IMG/VR virus record: IMGVR_UViG_3300002835_000134
Span: 8,626-72,625 of that record
Origin: a virus
Direction: 5' to 3' (one strand)
Length of the DNA stretch: 64,000 nucleotides
Positions 9,694 through 19,054 of this stretch are shown here, piece after piece. The stretch's first letter is position 1. Each line of letters opens with the position of its first letter. The translations under genes and the position numbers were made by a program. A model generated the notes under the pieces. It searched no databases. It saw nothing but the letters and a program-made list of their open reading frames with translations, and had not been told where the DNA came from.

Positions 9694-11133
9694 ATGGCAA
9701 TTGTAAATAAAAACTTTAGAGTAAAGAATGGTCTTATTGTCGACGGTTCCGTCGCAACAGTAAATGGCTATAATGTATTAACAGAGGCATCAACAGCTTT
9801 TATTATCTCAACAATTGGCGGATCAGCAGATAGCGCAAACACTCCTAATTCTGTTGTTAAGCGTGATGGAAATGGAAACTTTGCTGCAGGCACAATTACA
9901 GCAACCTTCCTAGGCAACGTAACTGGTGACGTAACAGGTACAGTTTCAAGCATTTCAAATCATGACACAAATGATTTAGTAGAAGGAACAGGCGCAGGTT
10001 CAAATCTATATTTTACTAATGCAAGAGCATTAGCAGCCACAGCAGCAGCATACGATGCAGCAGGTTCAGCAGCAGCAGCACAAGCAAATGCAGCAACAGA
10101 TGCAACATCAAAGGTTGCAGCAGAAGCTACAGCACGTACTTCAGCAATTGCATCAGCAATTGCTACAGAGGTTGCTGATAGAAATACCGCAATTGCAACT
10201 GCCAAATCAGAAGCAATTTCTGCAGCAGCAGCAGACGCCACAACTAAGGCTAACGCAGCGCAAGCAGCAGCATCAGCAGACGCCACAACTAAGGCTAACG
10301 CAGCGCAAGCAGCAGCAGAGGCTACCGCAGCAGCAGCTCTTTCAACTGCAATATCAACAGAAGTTTCAGCTCGTAATACAGCAATTTCAACTGCAGTAGA
10401 TTCATTAGTAGATGGAGCACCATCTCTTCTTAACACATTAAATGAATTGGCAGCAGCAATAAATGACGACGCTAATTACACAACAACTCTTACATCAGCA
10501 TTAGCTACAAAGGCTAATTCAACTGATGTTACAGCATCAATTGCAACCGCAGTAAGCACTGCATCATCTGACGCTACAACCAAGGCTAACGCAGCCCAAG
10601 CAGCAGCAGAGGCAACAGCAGCAGCAGATGCTACAGCAAAGGTTTCAGCAGAAGCAGCCCTAAGAGTATCTGGCGATTCAGCTTCAGTTGCAACAGCAGC
10701 AGCAGATGCTACATCTAAGGCTAACGCAGCGCAAGCAGCAGCAGAGGCAACAGCACAATCTGCTCTAAATGCAGTCAAGGATGGAACTACAAAGTTTACA
10801 GCAGTAAATGTAAACGATGTGGCTGTAGTAAAAGCAGCAACCACAACAGTATCATCAGCAAGCACTGTAAATGCTCTTACATGGGCAGCAGCAGATTATC
10901 GTACAGCTAAGGCTCTTGTTAAGTTCAAGAATGGAGCAAATACTCAAGTTTCTGAGATCTTGCTCACACTTGATACCAGCAATAACGTGGCAATAACAGA
11001 ATTTGGTTCAATTGGAACCAACGGAGATCTAGGCTCAATTTCAGCAGCCTATGTTTCAGGAAATGTTTCAATATCAGTAACCACAGTATATGCCTCGACA
11101 GATGTCATGGTATATGCAACATTAATTAAATAA
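9694..11133 (+). CDS. Ala-rich fibre protein
   Basis: ADATTKANAAQAAA repeats, P.LLNTLNELAAA motif, C-terminal YRTAK domain. Confidence 0.7.
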   Translation: MAIVNKNFRVKNGLIVDGSVATVNGYNVLTEASTAFIISTIGGSADSANTPNSVVKRDGNGNFAAGTITATFLGNVTGDVTGTVSSISNHDTNDLVEGTGAGSNLYFTNARALAATAAAYDAAGSAAAAQANAATDATSKVAAEATARTSAIASAIATEVADRNTAIATAKSEAISAAAADATTKANAAQAAASADATTKANAAQAAAEATAAAALSTAISTEVSARNTAISTAVDSLVDGAPSLLNTLNELAAAINDDANYTTTLTSALATKANSTDVTASIATAVSTASSDATTKANAAQAAAEATAAADATAKVSAEAALRVSGDSASVATAAADATSKANAAQAAAEATAQSALNAVKDGTTKFTAVNVNDVAVVKAATTTVSSASTVNALTWAAADYRTAKALVKFKNGANTQVSEILLTLDTSNNVAITEFGSIGTNGDLGSISAAYVSGNVSISVTTVYASTDVMVYATLIK

Positions 11134-11199
11134 TTAAATAACAAGGTATGGGGTCCTTTCAAAACCCCAACAAAACAATTAGGGGATATGTGAACTTAA

Positions 11200-11571
11200 A
11201 TGGCAACAGTAGATAAAAACTTCAAGGTAAAAAATGGCCTTAATGTAGCAGGTGCTGCCACTTTTGGTGCAGCAGTAAATGTAGAAAACTTAGTCTTAAA
11301 TTCAACCCCCCTAGCTTTTGACTCTTCAACTGGACGACTAAAAATCCAGATTGGCGGAGTTTGGAAAGAAATTGCTCTATTAGTAGATGCACAAGAAGAC
11401 CCAACAGCACTGACATTCATGGACATTGGTTTGGCTATCGATTACGATGGCTCACCAGTTTATAGCGTCTTTGCCAATGGAGTAAACACCGTAGCAACAA
11501 AGTTTGCCGATGGTGGAAGCTATACAACAGATACATTTAGCTACACATTCGATTCTGGAACAATTGCTTAA
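11200..11571 (+). CDS. Putative fibre-associated protein
   Basis: N-terminus MATVDKNFKVKNGL nearly identical to that of 9694..11133. Confidence 0.55.
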   Translation: MATVDKNFKVKNGLNVAGAATFGAAVNVENLVLNSTPLAFDSSTGRLKIQIGGVWKEIALLVDAQEDPTALTFMDIGLAIDYDGSPVYSVFANGVNTVATKFADGGSYTTDTFSYTFDSGTIA

Positions 11572-11632
11572 TTGTTTTGGAATTATTGTGATGCTATAAT
11601 TACCAAATAAGTCTAAATAAGGGGTGGCATAA

Positions 11633-13828
11633 ATGTCAACAGTAAGAATTCAAGTAAGAAGAGGAACCGCCTCACAGTGGACCTCCGTAAATCCAATTTT
11701 GGCAGCGGGAGAAATGGGTGTCGAGTCAGACACAAACTTATTTAAGTTTGGTAACGGTACCTCAACATGGACCGCTCTTGCATATGCTAACAATTCAGAC
11801 GTAGCAATAGCAGAAATTTCACAGGATGCTATTAATAATGCCCTTTCATTAGGCGCAGGACTTTCAAAAACATACAATGACGGCGCAAACTCAATCACAA
11901 TAACTGTTGATTCAAATGTTGTTGCACTCAAGTCATATGTAGATGCAGCAGTAACAAGTTTATCAAACACAGTAGATGCAGATTATCTTCCAGTATCTGA
12001 TCGTGGTGTTGCAGGTGGAGTAGCTTCACTTAACAATAGCGCATTGATACCAGACAATCAAATCAATGAGTCATTCTGGGCAACAAAGCTTGATGTTGCT
12101 TCACTAAGCTCAGGACTTCAGATTAAGGGTTCAGTTCGTGTAGCATCAACAGAAAACTTTGCAGCAACCAGAGCAGCTGGAACAGCAGATGCATCAGGTG
12201 GAAACGGAGTAGGAGAAACATTAACAGCCTCTGCAAATGGAGCACTTTCAATTGATGGTGTTACAGTAAATGCAGGAGACAGAGTTCTTCTTAAGAATCA
12301 AACAGATGCAAAGCAAAATGGTATTTATACAGTAACAAACGCAGGTGGATCTTCAGCAGCAGCAGTTTTAACTCGTGCAACAGATTCAGATAACAGCGTA
12401 GACGGAGAAGTCAGAGAAGGCCTCTTTACCTTTACACAAGATGGAACTGCAAATGCTCGTGACGGATATGTTCTTCTAACAGAAGGCTCTAGAGCAGGAG
12501 AAATCTTCCAGCTTGGAACAGACTCCCTTAACTTCACACAGTTTACAGGAGCAATACCAGTAACAGTAGGAGCTGGCCTAACAAATTATAATGATCAAAT
12601 AATTGTAGATTTTGAAACAGTTGCTCAAAAGTCTACTCTAGATACATTTATTTCATCAACAGCAACTAACTTTACTAACAACACTTCAACACTTAACAGC
12701 TTAGATGCAAGACTTGATCAAGCCGAAACAGATATAGACGCAGTTCAGCTGTATGGCCCAAGACTAACAATAGCTGAAGAAGACATTACAGCTATCAAGG
12801 CTTTAAATGTTACACAAACTGATAATATTGCTAATTTAACATCAGTTAATGGAACCCAATCAACAGCTATCACAGCCATTGAAACAAAGAATACAGATCA
12901 AGATACTCTTCTTGCCACACATACAGCAGATCTTGCTACTAAGGGTGAGCAGATTACAGCAATTCAAGGAATTAATGCCACACAAGCTTCTGATATTACT
13001 GCAATCAACACATCAATAACATCAATTAATACAAACTTAGCTCCAAAAGCATCACCTACATTTACAGGAACAGTTGTTCTTCCAGAAACAACCTCAATTG
13101 GAAATGTTGATGCAACTGAGATATCTTATGTAAATGGTGTTACTTCAGGAATTCAGGCACAAATTGATACAAAGCTTGCAACAGCAACAGCAGCATCTAC
13201 ATATGAAACAATTTCAAATGTAGCGCTAAAAGCACCACTAGCAGATCCAACATTCACAGGAACTGTATCTGGTGTCACAAAAGCACATGTAGGGCTTGGA
13301 AACGTTGATAATACATCAGATGCATCAAAGCCAGTATCTACAGCTCAGGCAGCAGCGATTGCTACTGCAAAATCAGAAGCTCTTGCAGAAGTTACAGCAG
13401 TAATTGCTGGCGCTCCAGGAGCACTGAATACTCTTGATGAGCTTGCAGCAGCTTTAAATGATGATGCTAACTTTGCTTCAACTGTAACAACAGCAATTGC
13501 TACTAAGGTTAATTCATACACCACAGTAGTAAACAGAACAGCAAACTTCGGAATCAACGATGCAGACTACAAGGACGCATGGTTAGATGTAGATGCTACT
13601 GGAGACATTACAATTACAGTTCCAGCAGACGGAACAAACTCACGGACATATCCAGTTGGAACATCATTCGATATATTTAGAGCCAACACAGGAAATGTAA
13701 CAATTGCAGGTTCAGGAGCAACAGTTAATGGAACTCCAGGATTAAAGTTGAGAGCACGGTACTCTTCAGCAACATTGTTTAAGAGATCAGCAAACACATG
13801 GGTCCTTATCGGAGACCTAACAGCTTAA
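11633..13828 (+). CDS. Fibre protein with Mtd_N-like N-terminus
   Basis: QVRRGTASQW...NPILAAGEMG.E.DT..FKFGNG; IDGV....GDRVLLKNQTD.KQNGIY; terminal W.LIGDL. Confidence 0.75.
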   Translation: MSTVRIQVRRGTASQWTSVNPILAAGEMGVESDTNLFKFGNGTSTWTALAYANNSDVAIAEISQDAINNALSLGAGLSKTYNDGANSITITVDSNVVALKSYVDAAVTSLSNTVDADYLPVSDRGVAGGVASLNNSALIPDNQINESFWATKLDVASLSSGLQIKGSVRVASTENFAATRAAGTADASGGNGVGETLTASANGALSIDGVTVNAGDRVLLKNQTDAKQNGIYTVTNAGGSSAAAVLTRATDSDNSVDGEVREGLFTFTQDGTANARDGYVLLTEGSRAGEIFQLGTDSLNFTQFTGAIPVTVGAGLTNYNDQIIVDFETVAQKSTLDTFISSTATNFTNNTSTLNSLDARLDQAETDIDAVQLYGPRLTIAEEDITAIKALNVTQTDNIANLTSVNGTQSTAITAIETKNTDQDTLLATHTADLATKGEQITAIQGINATQASDITAINTSITSINTNLAPKASPTFTGTVVLPETTSIGNVDATEISYVNGVTSGIQAQIDTKLATATAASTYETISNVALKAPLADPTFTGTVSGVTKAHVGLGNVDNTSDASKPVSTAQAAAIATAKSEALAEVTAVIAGAPGALNTLDELAAALNDDANFASTVTTAIATKVNSYTTVVNRTANFGINDADYKDAWLDVDATGDITITVPADGTNSRTYPVGTSFDIFRANTGNVTIAGSGATVNGTPGLKLRARYSSATLFKRSANTWVLIGDLTA

Positions 13829-13852
13829 CAAATAAAATTATAGGAGATATAA

Positions 13853-15328
13853 ATGGCAAATAAAAGAGTAGGTATTCAATCTTCGGCTCAGGACAACTTC
13901 CTTGAGCCAAATGCAGTCACATCTTTAGCTTCCACTGCCGTAAATGGTGGAGCAAGCGGAAGTGGATCAGTAAACCTAACTTGGTCTTTACCAGCTGCAT
14001 CTCCACCAGCAACACTTTATACAATTACATCAACTCCAGCAACAACAACACAAAGTACCACAGGAACTTCTTTTACTTTTCCTGGCTTAACTGGAGGAAC
14101 TTCTTACACATTTACTGTAGTAGCATCAAATGCAGCAGGAAATAGCTTACCAGCTACTTCCCCTGCAGCTACTCCAACTACTTTGCCAAATGCGCCATCA
14201 GCGCCAACAGCATCTTCTCCAAATGCTAATCAGGACACAGTTTCCTGGGCAGCACCATCTGATTTAGGAGGAACTCCAAACACTGGATACATCCTTAAGT
14301 CTTCTGATGGACCAACATATAATCTTGGTGCAGGAGTAACATCAACAACAATTAATGAAACAGCTGGAACAGCTCAGACTTATCAAGTTCTTGCAAAGAA
14401 TGCAAATGGTGATGGCCCATATTCAACTTCATCAAATAGCGTTACTACAACAGCACCATACTTCCCACCGTTCTTCCCATTCTTCCCACCGTTCTTCCCA
14501 TTCTTCCCGTTCTTCCCACCATACTTCCCACCGTTCTTCCCATTCTTCCCGTTCTTCCCACCATACTTCCCACCGTTCTTCCCATTCTTCCCGTTCTTCC
14601 CACCATACTTCCCACCGTTCTTCCCATTCTTCCCGTTCTTCCCACCATACTTCCCACCGTTCTTCCCATTCTTCCCGTTCTTCCCACCATACTTCCCACC
14701 GTTCTTCCCATTCTTCCCGTTCTTCCCACCATACTTCCCACCGTTCTTCCCATTCTTCCCGTTCTTCCCACCATTCTTCCCGCCTGGGTTTGGACCGTTC
14801 TTCCCACCAGGGTTCGGACCGTTCTTCCCACCGTTCTTCCCACCAGGGTTTGGACCGTGGTTTAAGTCTAAGTTTTGTATTGAAGAAGACTCAGAGGTGT
14901 TAACTTCAAATGGATACATCTTAGCAAAGGATGTAAAGGTTGGAGATGTACTTCTCACAATTGATCCATCCGAACTAAATAATGGAGATATGACTTCAGA
15001 TATAGTTCTAAGAGATAAGGTAACACTTAGCGAGACAACTGTTGTCAAGCATGAATTAAGTCAAAAAGATTTAATTAAGTTCAACGGCTCTGAGACACTA
15101 TTCTCAGAAGGACAGCCAATCTTTGTAAAAGAAGGCGACTTAATTAAATACAAGGAGACTGGACAGGTTCAAGTTGGAGACATACTTGTAACCCTAAGAG
15201 TAGAATCTTGCGAGATAATATTCGAGACAGTTGACACTATTGAAAAGCTTCCAGCAAAGGATGTCTATGACATAAGATGCGAGCCATCACAATGGTTCAT
15301 AGCAGGAAACTACATAGTAATATCTTAA
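13853..15328 (+). CDS. Fibronectin type III x2, Pro/Phe repeat, C-terminal Hint domain
   Basis: LTW..P..GLT.GTSYTFTV.A.N..G FN3 pattern twice; CIEEDS...VYDI...FIAGNYIVIS. Confidence 0.8.
   Translation: MANKRVGIQSSAQDNFLEPNAVTSLASTAVNGGASGSGSVNLTWSLPAASPPATLYTITSTPATTTQSTTGTSFTFPGLTGGTSYTFTVVASNAAGNSLPATSPAATPTTLPNAPSAPTASSPNANQDTVSWAAPSDLGGTPNTGYILKSSDGPTYNLGAGVTSTTINETAGTAQTYQVLAKNANGDGPYSTSSNSVTTTAPYFPPFFPFFPPFFPFFPFFPPYFPPFFPFFPFFPPYFPPFFPFFPFFPPYFPPFFPFFPFFPPYFPPFFPFFPFFPPYFPPFFPFFPFFPPYFPPFFPFFPFFPPFFPPGFGPFFPPGFGPFFPPFFPPGFGPWFKSKFCIEEDSEVLTSNGYILAKDVKVGDVLLTIDPSELNNGDMTSDIVLRDKVTLSETTVVKHELSQKDLIKFNGSETLFSEGQPIFVKEGDLIKYKETGQVQVGDILVTLRVESCEIIFETVDTIEKLPAKDVYDIRCEPSQWFIAGNYIVIS
14456..14863 (+). 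repeat. Coding tandem repeat: six 42-nt units (PPYFPPFFPFFPFF) plus degenerate flanks and PPGFG units
   Basis: Unit CCACCATACTTCCCACCGTTCTTCCCATTCTTCCCGTTCTTC read directly. Confidence 0.95.
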
Positions 15329-15337
15329 AATAAATAA

Positions 15338-15375
15338 AATAAGGGGGCTAGCGAGAGCTGGCCCCCTTATTATTT
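15338..15375 (+). terminator. Intrinsic terminator (possibly bidirectional)
   Basis: AATAAGGGGGCTAGC-GAGA-GCTGGCCCCCTTATT followed by a T-rich tract. Confidence 0.8.
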
Positions 15376-15385
15376 GTATATAGGC

Positions 15386-15414
15386 TTGTATCTATAAATC
15401 TAAAATGCTATACT
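15386..15414 (+). promoter_or_regulatory. Sigma-70-type promoter for the oxygenase cluster (leaderless)
   Basis: TTGTAT-N17-TATACT with TG extension; ATG 6 nt downstream, no SD. Confidence 0.7.
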
Positions 15415-15420
15415 TGAAGC

Positions 15421-16167
15421 ATGACTAATATACAGGATGACTGGTTTGAAAAAGATAGGTCTGAAACTTCTTCAAATAGAAAAGCAGACGTAATGTTTGG
15501 GGACATTAAAGTAACCAATGAGGCGTTAGGCTTAGACCTATATAACAATGCATTAGACCAAACGAGAATACAGTGGTACATAGATACACTAGAAAAGAAT
15601 CTAAAGCCAGGAACTAAGTATCATTGGAACGAAGCCCGTGTAACAAATTCAGATCAGCCAATTAAAAAGGCTAGAGACTGTGTTGATTTTAAGATGAACT
15701 ACAGCACACTTGGCGGTAAACAGAATGAAGAAAATGCTGAGCTATGGCAAGTCTATGATGAAATTTATAAAAAGCTTAAGTCTTGTGTTGATCACTACTG
15801 CAGGTACTGGGGAATTAATGTAACATATTACGAGGTATTTAATTTTGTAAAGTATGAAGGCGAAGGCAAAGAGTTTAAGATTCATGCAGACGATGGCCCA
15901 ATGTACAAGGCAGCTGTGTCAGCAGTGATTTACTTAAATGACGACTATGAGGGTGGAGAGATCTATTACCCACGAATGGACAATAAGACAATTAAGCCAA
16001 AGCAAGGAGACATAGCAATCTTTCCTTCTAATTACATATATGAACATGCGTCTCTTCCTATAAAGTCTGGAACAAAATATTGCGTTGTTATAATGATGGA
16101 TTTAAATGATATGGCCCACCAGGGACATATTCAAAATGCTGCTGCTGCAGCATCTTCACCGTACTAA
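15421..16167 (+). CDS. 2OG-Fe(II) oxygenase, prolyl 4-hydroxylase-like
   Basis: HADD...YLNDDYEGGE...FPS..YEH...GTKY. Confidence 0.88.
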   Translation: MTNIQDDWFEKDRSETSSNRKADVMFGDIKVTNEALGLDLYNNALDQTRIQWYIDTLEKNLKPGTKYHWNEARVTNSDQPIKKARDCVDFKMNYSTLGGKQNEENAELWQVYDEIYKKLKSCVDHYCRYWGINVTYYEVFNFVKYEGEGKEFKIHADDGPMYKAAVSAVIYLNDDYEGGEIYYPRMDNKTIKPKQGDIAIFPSNYIYEHASLPIKSGTKYCVVIMMDLNDMAHQGHIQNAAAAASSPY

Positions 16168-16175
16168 GGAGAAAA

Positions 16176-16913
16176 ATGGAAACGATAGACCCAGCTCAAG
16201 AAATTAAAAAGCTGCAAGACCAAAAGTATATTAGCGAATGGGAAGCAGAGCAGCACAGACCAATCAAGCAGACCTGGACAGAAAAAATTGATCTAGGAAA
16301 CGGAATCTGGTGCTATAGAAATGTATTGCCAGCAGGTAGAAACATCCCAGAAAGACTTGAAGAAATCCTTGCAGCAAAAGATAATCAGTATGAGTGGATG
16401 CCAGCTTACGTGGGCTACCAAGAAAGAATGCCAGACTATAGAGATTGTGTTGACTTTAAATACAAGAAGACAGATATCTATGGAGAAAAAGAAGCAGACA
16501 ATAAGCTGAGAGAAATTTGGCAAGAGTGCTATGACCCTCAATACCAAGCAGTTCGTGACTATTGTAGAATATATAACATTCATAATTTAAGATACTGGGA
16601 AGCATTTAACTTTATTAGATACGAGCCTGGAAATCACTTTATGGAGCACCACGACCATGGCTATTCATACAACTGTACAGTTTCACTTGTAGGATATTTC
16701 AATGACGACTATGAGGGTGGAGAGCTTTACTTTAGACTGCAAAATCTAAACCTTAAACCACAAGCAGGAGACCTGTTTATTTTCCCTTCAAACTTTATGT
16801 ATCCTCATCAAGCTAAAAAGGTTGTATCAGGAACTAAATATTCAATAGTAACAATGCTAGACTATAGCGCCAAATTCCATACACAAGAAATGTTTATTGA
16901 GACAGGTGACTAA
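16176..16913 (+). CDS. 2OG-Fe(II) oxygenase, prolyl 4-hydroxylase-like
   Basis: HHD...YFNDDYEGGE...FPSNFMYPH...GTKY. Confidence 0.88.
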   Translation: METIDPAQEIKKLQDQKYISEWEAEQHRPIKQTWTEKIDLGNGIWCYRNVLPAGRNIPERLEEILAAKDNQYEWMPAYVGYQERMPDYRDCVDFKYKKTDIYGEKEADNKLREIWQECYDPQYQAVRDYCRIYNIHNLRYWEAFNFIRYEPGNHFMEHHDHGYSYNCTVSLVGYFNDDYEGGELYFRLQNLNLKPQAGDLFIFPSNFMYPHQAKKVVSGTKYSIVTMLDYSAKFHTQEMFIETGD

Positions 16914-17644
16914 TGAGTAATAAAATAAATGCCTACAGAACTTCTCCAACCGCTTTTGTTGTAGAACCTCTATCAGTAGTAAGAGACTGGATGGATGCGA
17001 CCTTTGATAAACACGCATACCATTGTTTTCCAGTAACCCTTGCAAACACTATAGGCTGGGGTATTTCTGCAAAAACTGATATTAAGTTTATTTGGGATGG
17101 AATTAATGACCACTCTGGAGATCATGTAAAGATACTAGAAGGAGAAGGTCTTTGCTATACAGGCAGGGGACAATCAACTTTAAGCTTTAATACAAACTTA
17201 AAATTTGTCACCGATAAAAATATAAGCTTGTTGGCTGTAAACCCTCCAAATTTCTTTAATAAAGATTTTGAAGTTATTTCATCTGTCATATCCACTTCTT
17301 TTTATCCACACCCATTGCCTCTTGCAATAAAAGCTTTAACTGCTAACAAAGAAATTACTATAAAAGCAGGACAAGTAATTGCAGCAATTATACCTCTGTC
17401 ATTAGGACAGCTAAAAGATTCTACTATAAACGTTGATGATTATGTTAGCGATCCAGTTGCTGAAAAAGCAGCTAAGGATTATGGAAATGCATCTGCAGTA
17501 AAAACTGCTTTAGGTGAGTGGACTGATTGGTATAGAGATGCAATAAATGAAAAAGGCGAATCTGTCGGAGAGCATGAAGTTAAAGCATTAAAGCTTAAGA
17601 CTGTATACGTTAAAGACGGGAAACAGTGTGGCACTAACGATTAA
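16913..17644 (+). CDS. DUF6065-like protein
   Basis: RDWMD....HAYHCFP...AN..GW N-terminal motif and I.AG..IA.IIP C-terminal motif, recognised from memory of the family. Confidence 0.6.
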   Translation: MSNKINAYRTSPTAFVVEPLSVVRDWMDATFDKHAYHCFPVTLANTIGWGISAKTDIKFIWDGINDHSGDHVKILEGEGLCYTGRGQSTLSFNTNLKFVTDKNISLLAVNPPNFFNKDFEVISSVISTSFYPHPLPLAIKALTANKEITIKAGQVIAAIIPLSLGQLKDSTINVDDYVSDPVAEKAAKDYGNASAVKTALGEWTDWYRDAINEKGESVGEHEVKALKLKTVYVKDGKQCGTND

Positions 17645-18356
17645 ATTCGTATCAAATAGACCATGGCTTAACAAAGACAGTAAATCAAAACCAGAACCAA
17701 TTATTAAAAGTATTCCAGACTGGTATAGAAAAGCTGACAGATTTGCAAAAAAGCCAGATGGAGAATACTGGGAAAATCCAGGGGGTGGCAAGATGCCTAC
17801 TTGGAAAGCATGTCCAGCAATATTTGACATAATGGGTACAGGTTATACATTAAAGACTCCATGCGATATAGAATTTTTTGAAGGAGACTTCGGCGCTATA
17901 AGCTGTAAAATTAAAGATAAAAAGTATGAAGATTTTTGTTCTGTAAGACCGCCTATGCCACAGTTTAAACATCCACAGGGATATCATGAAACACATTTTG
18001 CGTGGTTTTCAGATTGGGCTATAGAAACTCCTCCAGGTTATAGCGTATTGTATTCACAGCCTTTTAATAGATTTGAATTGCCATTCCTCACTACTTCAGG
18101 AATCATTGATAATGACAATGTTAATTTGCCAGGCTCAATGCCGTTCTTTCTAGTAAAGGGATTCTCTGGCATTTTGCCAGCAGGCACTCCTTATGCACAA
18201 ATGTTTCCCTTTAAAAGAGAAGATTGGCAACATGAAATAGTAATTGAAAAAGCATCTAATTTAAGAAAAAAGAATATGGATAATTCAGCAAAATATAGAA
18301 AGCCAGACGGCGGTATCTATAAAAATGAAGTTTGGTCTAAAAGGACCTACTCTTAG
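17628..18356 (+). CDS. DUF6065-related protein
   Basis: PDWY...TWKACP...D....GY; TPPGYS; GIID.D; AGTP.AQ.FPFKR..W; commonly sits beside phage oxygenases. Confidence 0.55.
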   Translation: MALTIKFVSNRPWLNKDSKSKPEPIIKSIPDWYRKADRFAKKPDGEYWENPGGGKMPTWKACPAIFDIMGTGYTLKTPCDIEFFEGDFGAISCKIKDKKYEDFCSVRPPMPQFKHPQGYHETHFAWFSDWAIETPPGYSVLYSQPFNRFELPFLTTSGIIDNDNVNLPGSMPFFLVKGFSGILPAGTPYAQMFPFKREDWQHEIVIEKASNLRKKNMDNSAKYRKPDGGIYKNEVWSKRTYS

Positions 18357-18373
18357 GATGGTATAATAAATAT

Positions 18374-19054
18374 ATGGATAAAAAAGCAGCCAGTAATTGG
18401 GGATGGGATGAAAGAGTTTCAATAACTCCTTCAGGTTTCTTTGGAAACTCTCCAGACAATATTCAATCTAGAGAAAACATAATGACTCTAGAAGAGCACA
18501 AGTTTCTTTTGGAAGCAGCTCGATCTATTGAAGAGTGGGACATAACAGAGACACATTACAATGAAAATGGAACAGTAATTTACGACTCAACCTACTGGGA
18601 TAATCGTGTTGCATCAAGACCGATCCTAGATAAAATTAATCCAGAGATATCAGTAGTTATTGAAAGAATAGTGGCAAGGCTTAAAAAAGAAGTTGATGAA
18701 TACTTTAATGTTGATGCACTCCCAACAAGCCCAGCAATCGTTAGATGGCTTCCAGGATACAGACAAGAGCCACACGCAGACAAAGAGTTGCACACTGGTC
18801 CAGATGCTGGCAAACCAAACGATTTCCCTTACTATGATCTTTCAGGATTGTTTTATTTAAACGATGATTATGAGGGTGGCGAACTTTATTTCCCAAATCA
18901 AGGCATAGAGTTTAAGCCTAAGCCTGCAGCAGGATACTTTTTCCCAGGAGACATGAATTATATTCACGGCGTAAAAGAAATAACAAGCGGAATTAGATAT
19001 GTAATTCCTTTCTTCTGGACCATATTGAAGCATACAGGAGATAAGCAGCCATGA
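18374..19054 (+). CDS. 2OG-Fe(II) oxygenase, prolyl hydroxylase-like
   Basis: HAD...YLNDDYEGGE...HGV...GIRY; leaderless start (TATAAT-N6-ATG). Confidence 0.88.
   Translation: MDKKAASNWGWDERVSITPSGFFGNSPDNIQSRENIMTLEEHKFLLEAARSIEEWDITETHYNENGTVIYDSTYWDNRVASRPILDKINPEISVVIERIVARLKKEVDEYFNVDALPTSPAIVRWLPGYRQEPHADKELHTGPDAGKPNDFPYYDLSGLFYLNDDYEGGELYFPNQGIEFKPKPAAGYFFPGDMNYIHGVKEITSGIRYVIPFFWTILKHTGDKQP

Noticed and set aside
9960-10865. Long antisense and Gln-rich alternate ORFs in the Ala-rich fibre
   Set aside because: Artefacts of GCA codon runs
4162-13828. Diversity-generating retroelement suggested by Mtd_N-like domains
   Set aside because: No reverse transcriptase or TR/VR pair visible in the window; Mtd_N-like domains are common in ordinary fibres
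14456-14863. Possible CRISPR or mini-array
   Set aside because: Contiguous tandem units with no unique spacers, in frame within a CDS, and no cas genes
14383-15048. Minus-strand ORF with GKNGGKY repeats, plus alternate-frame ORFs 14355..14903 and 14445..14843
   Set aside because: Shadows of the stop-free 42-nt repeat; the + frame has FN3 and Hint domains on either side
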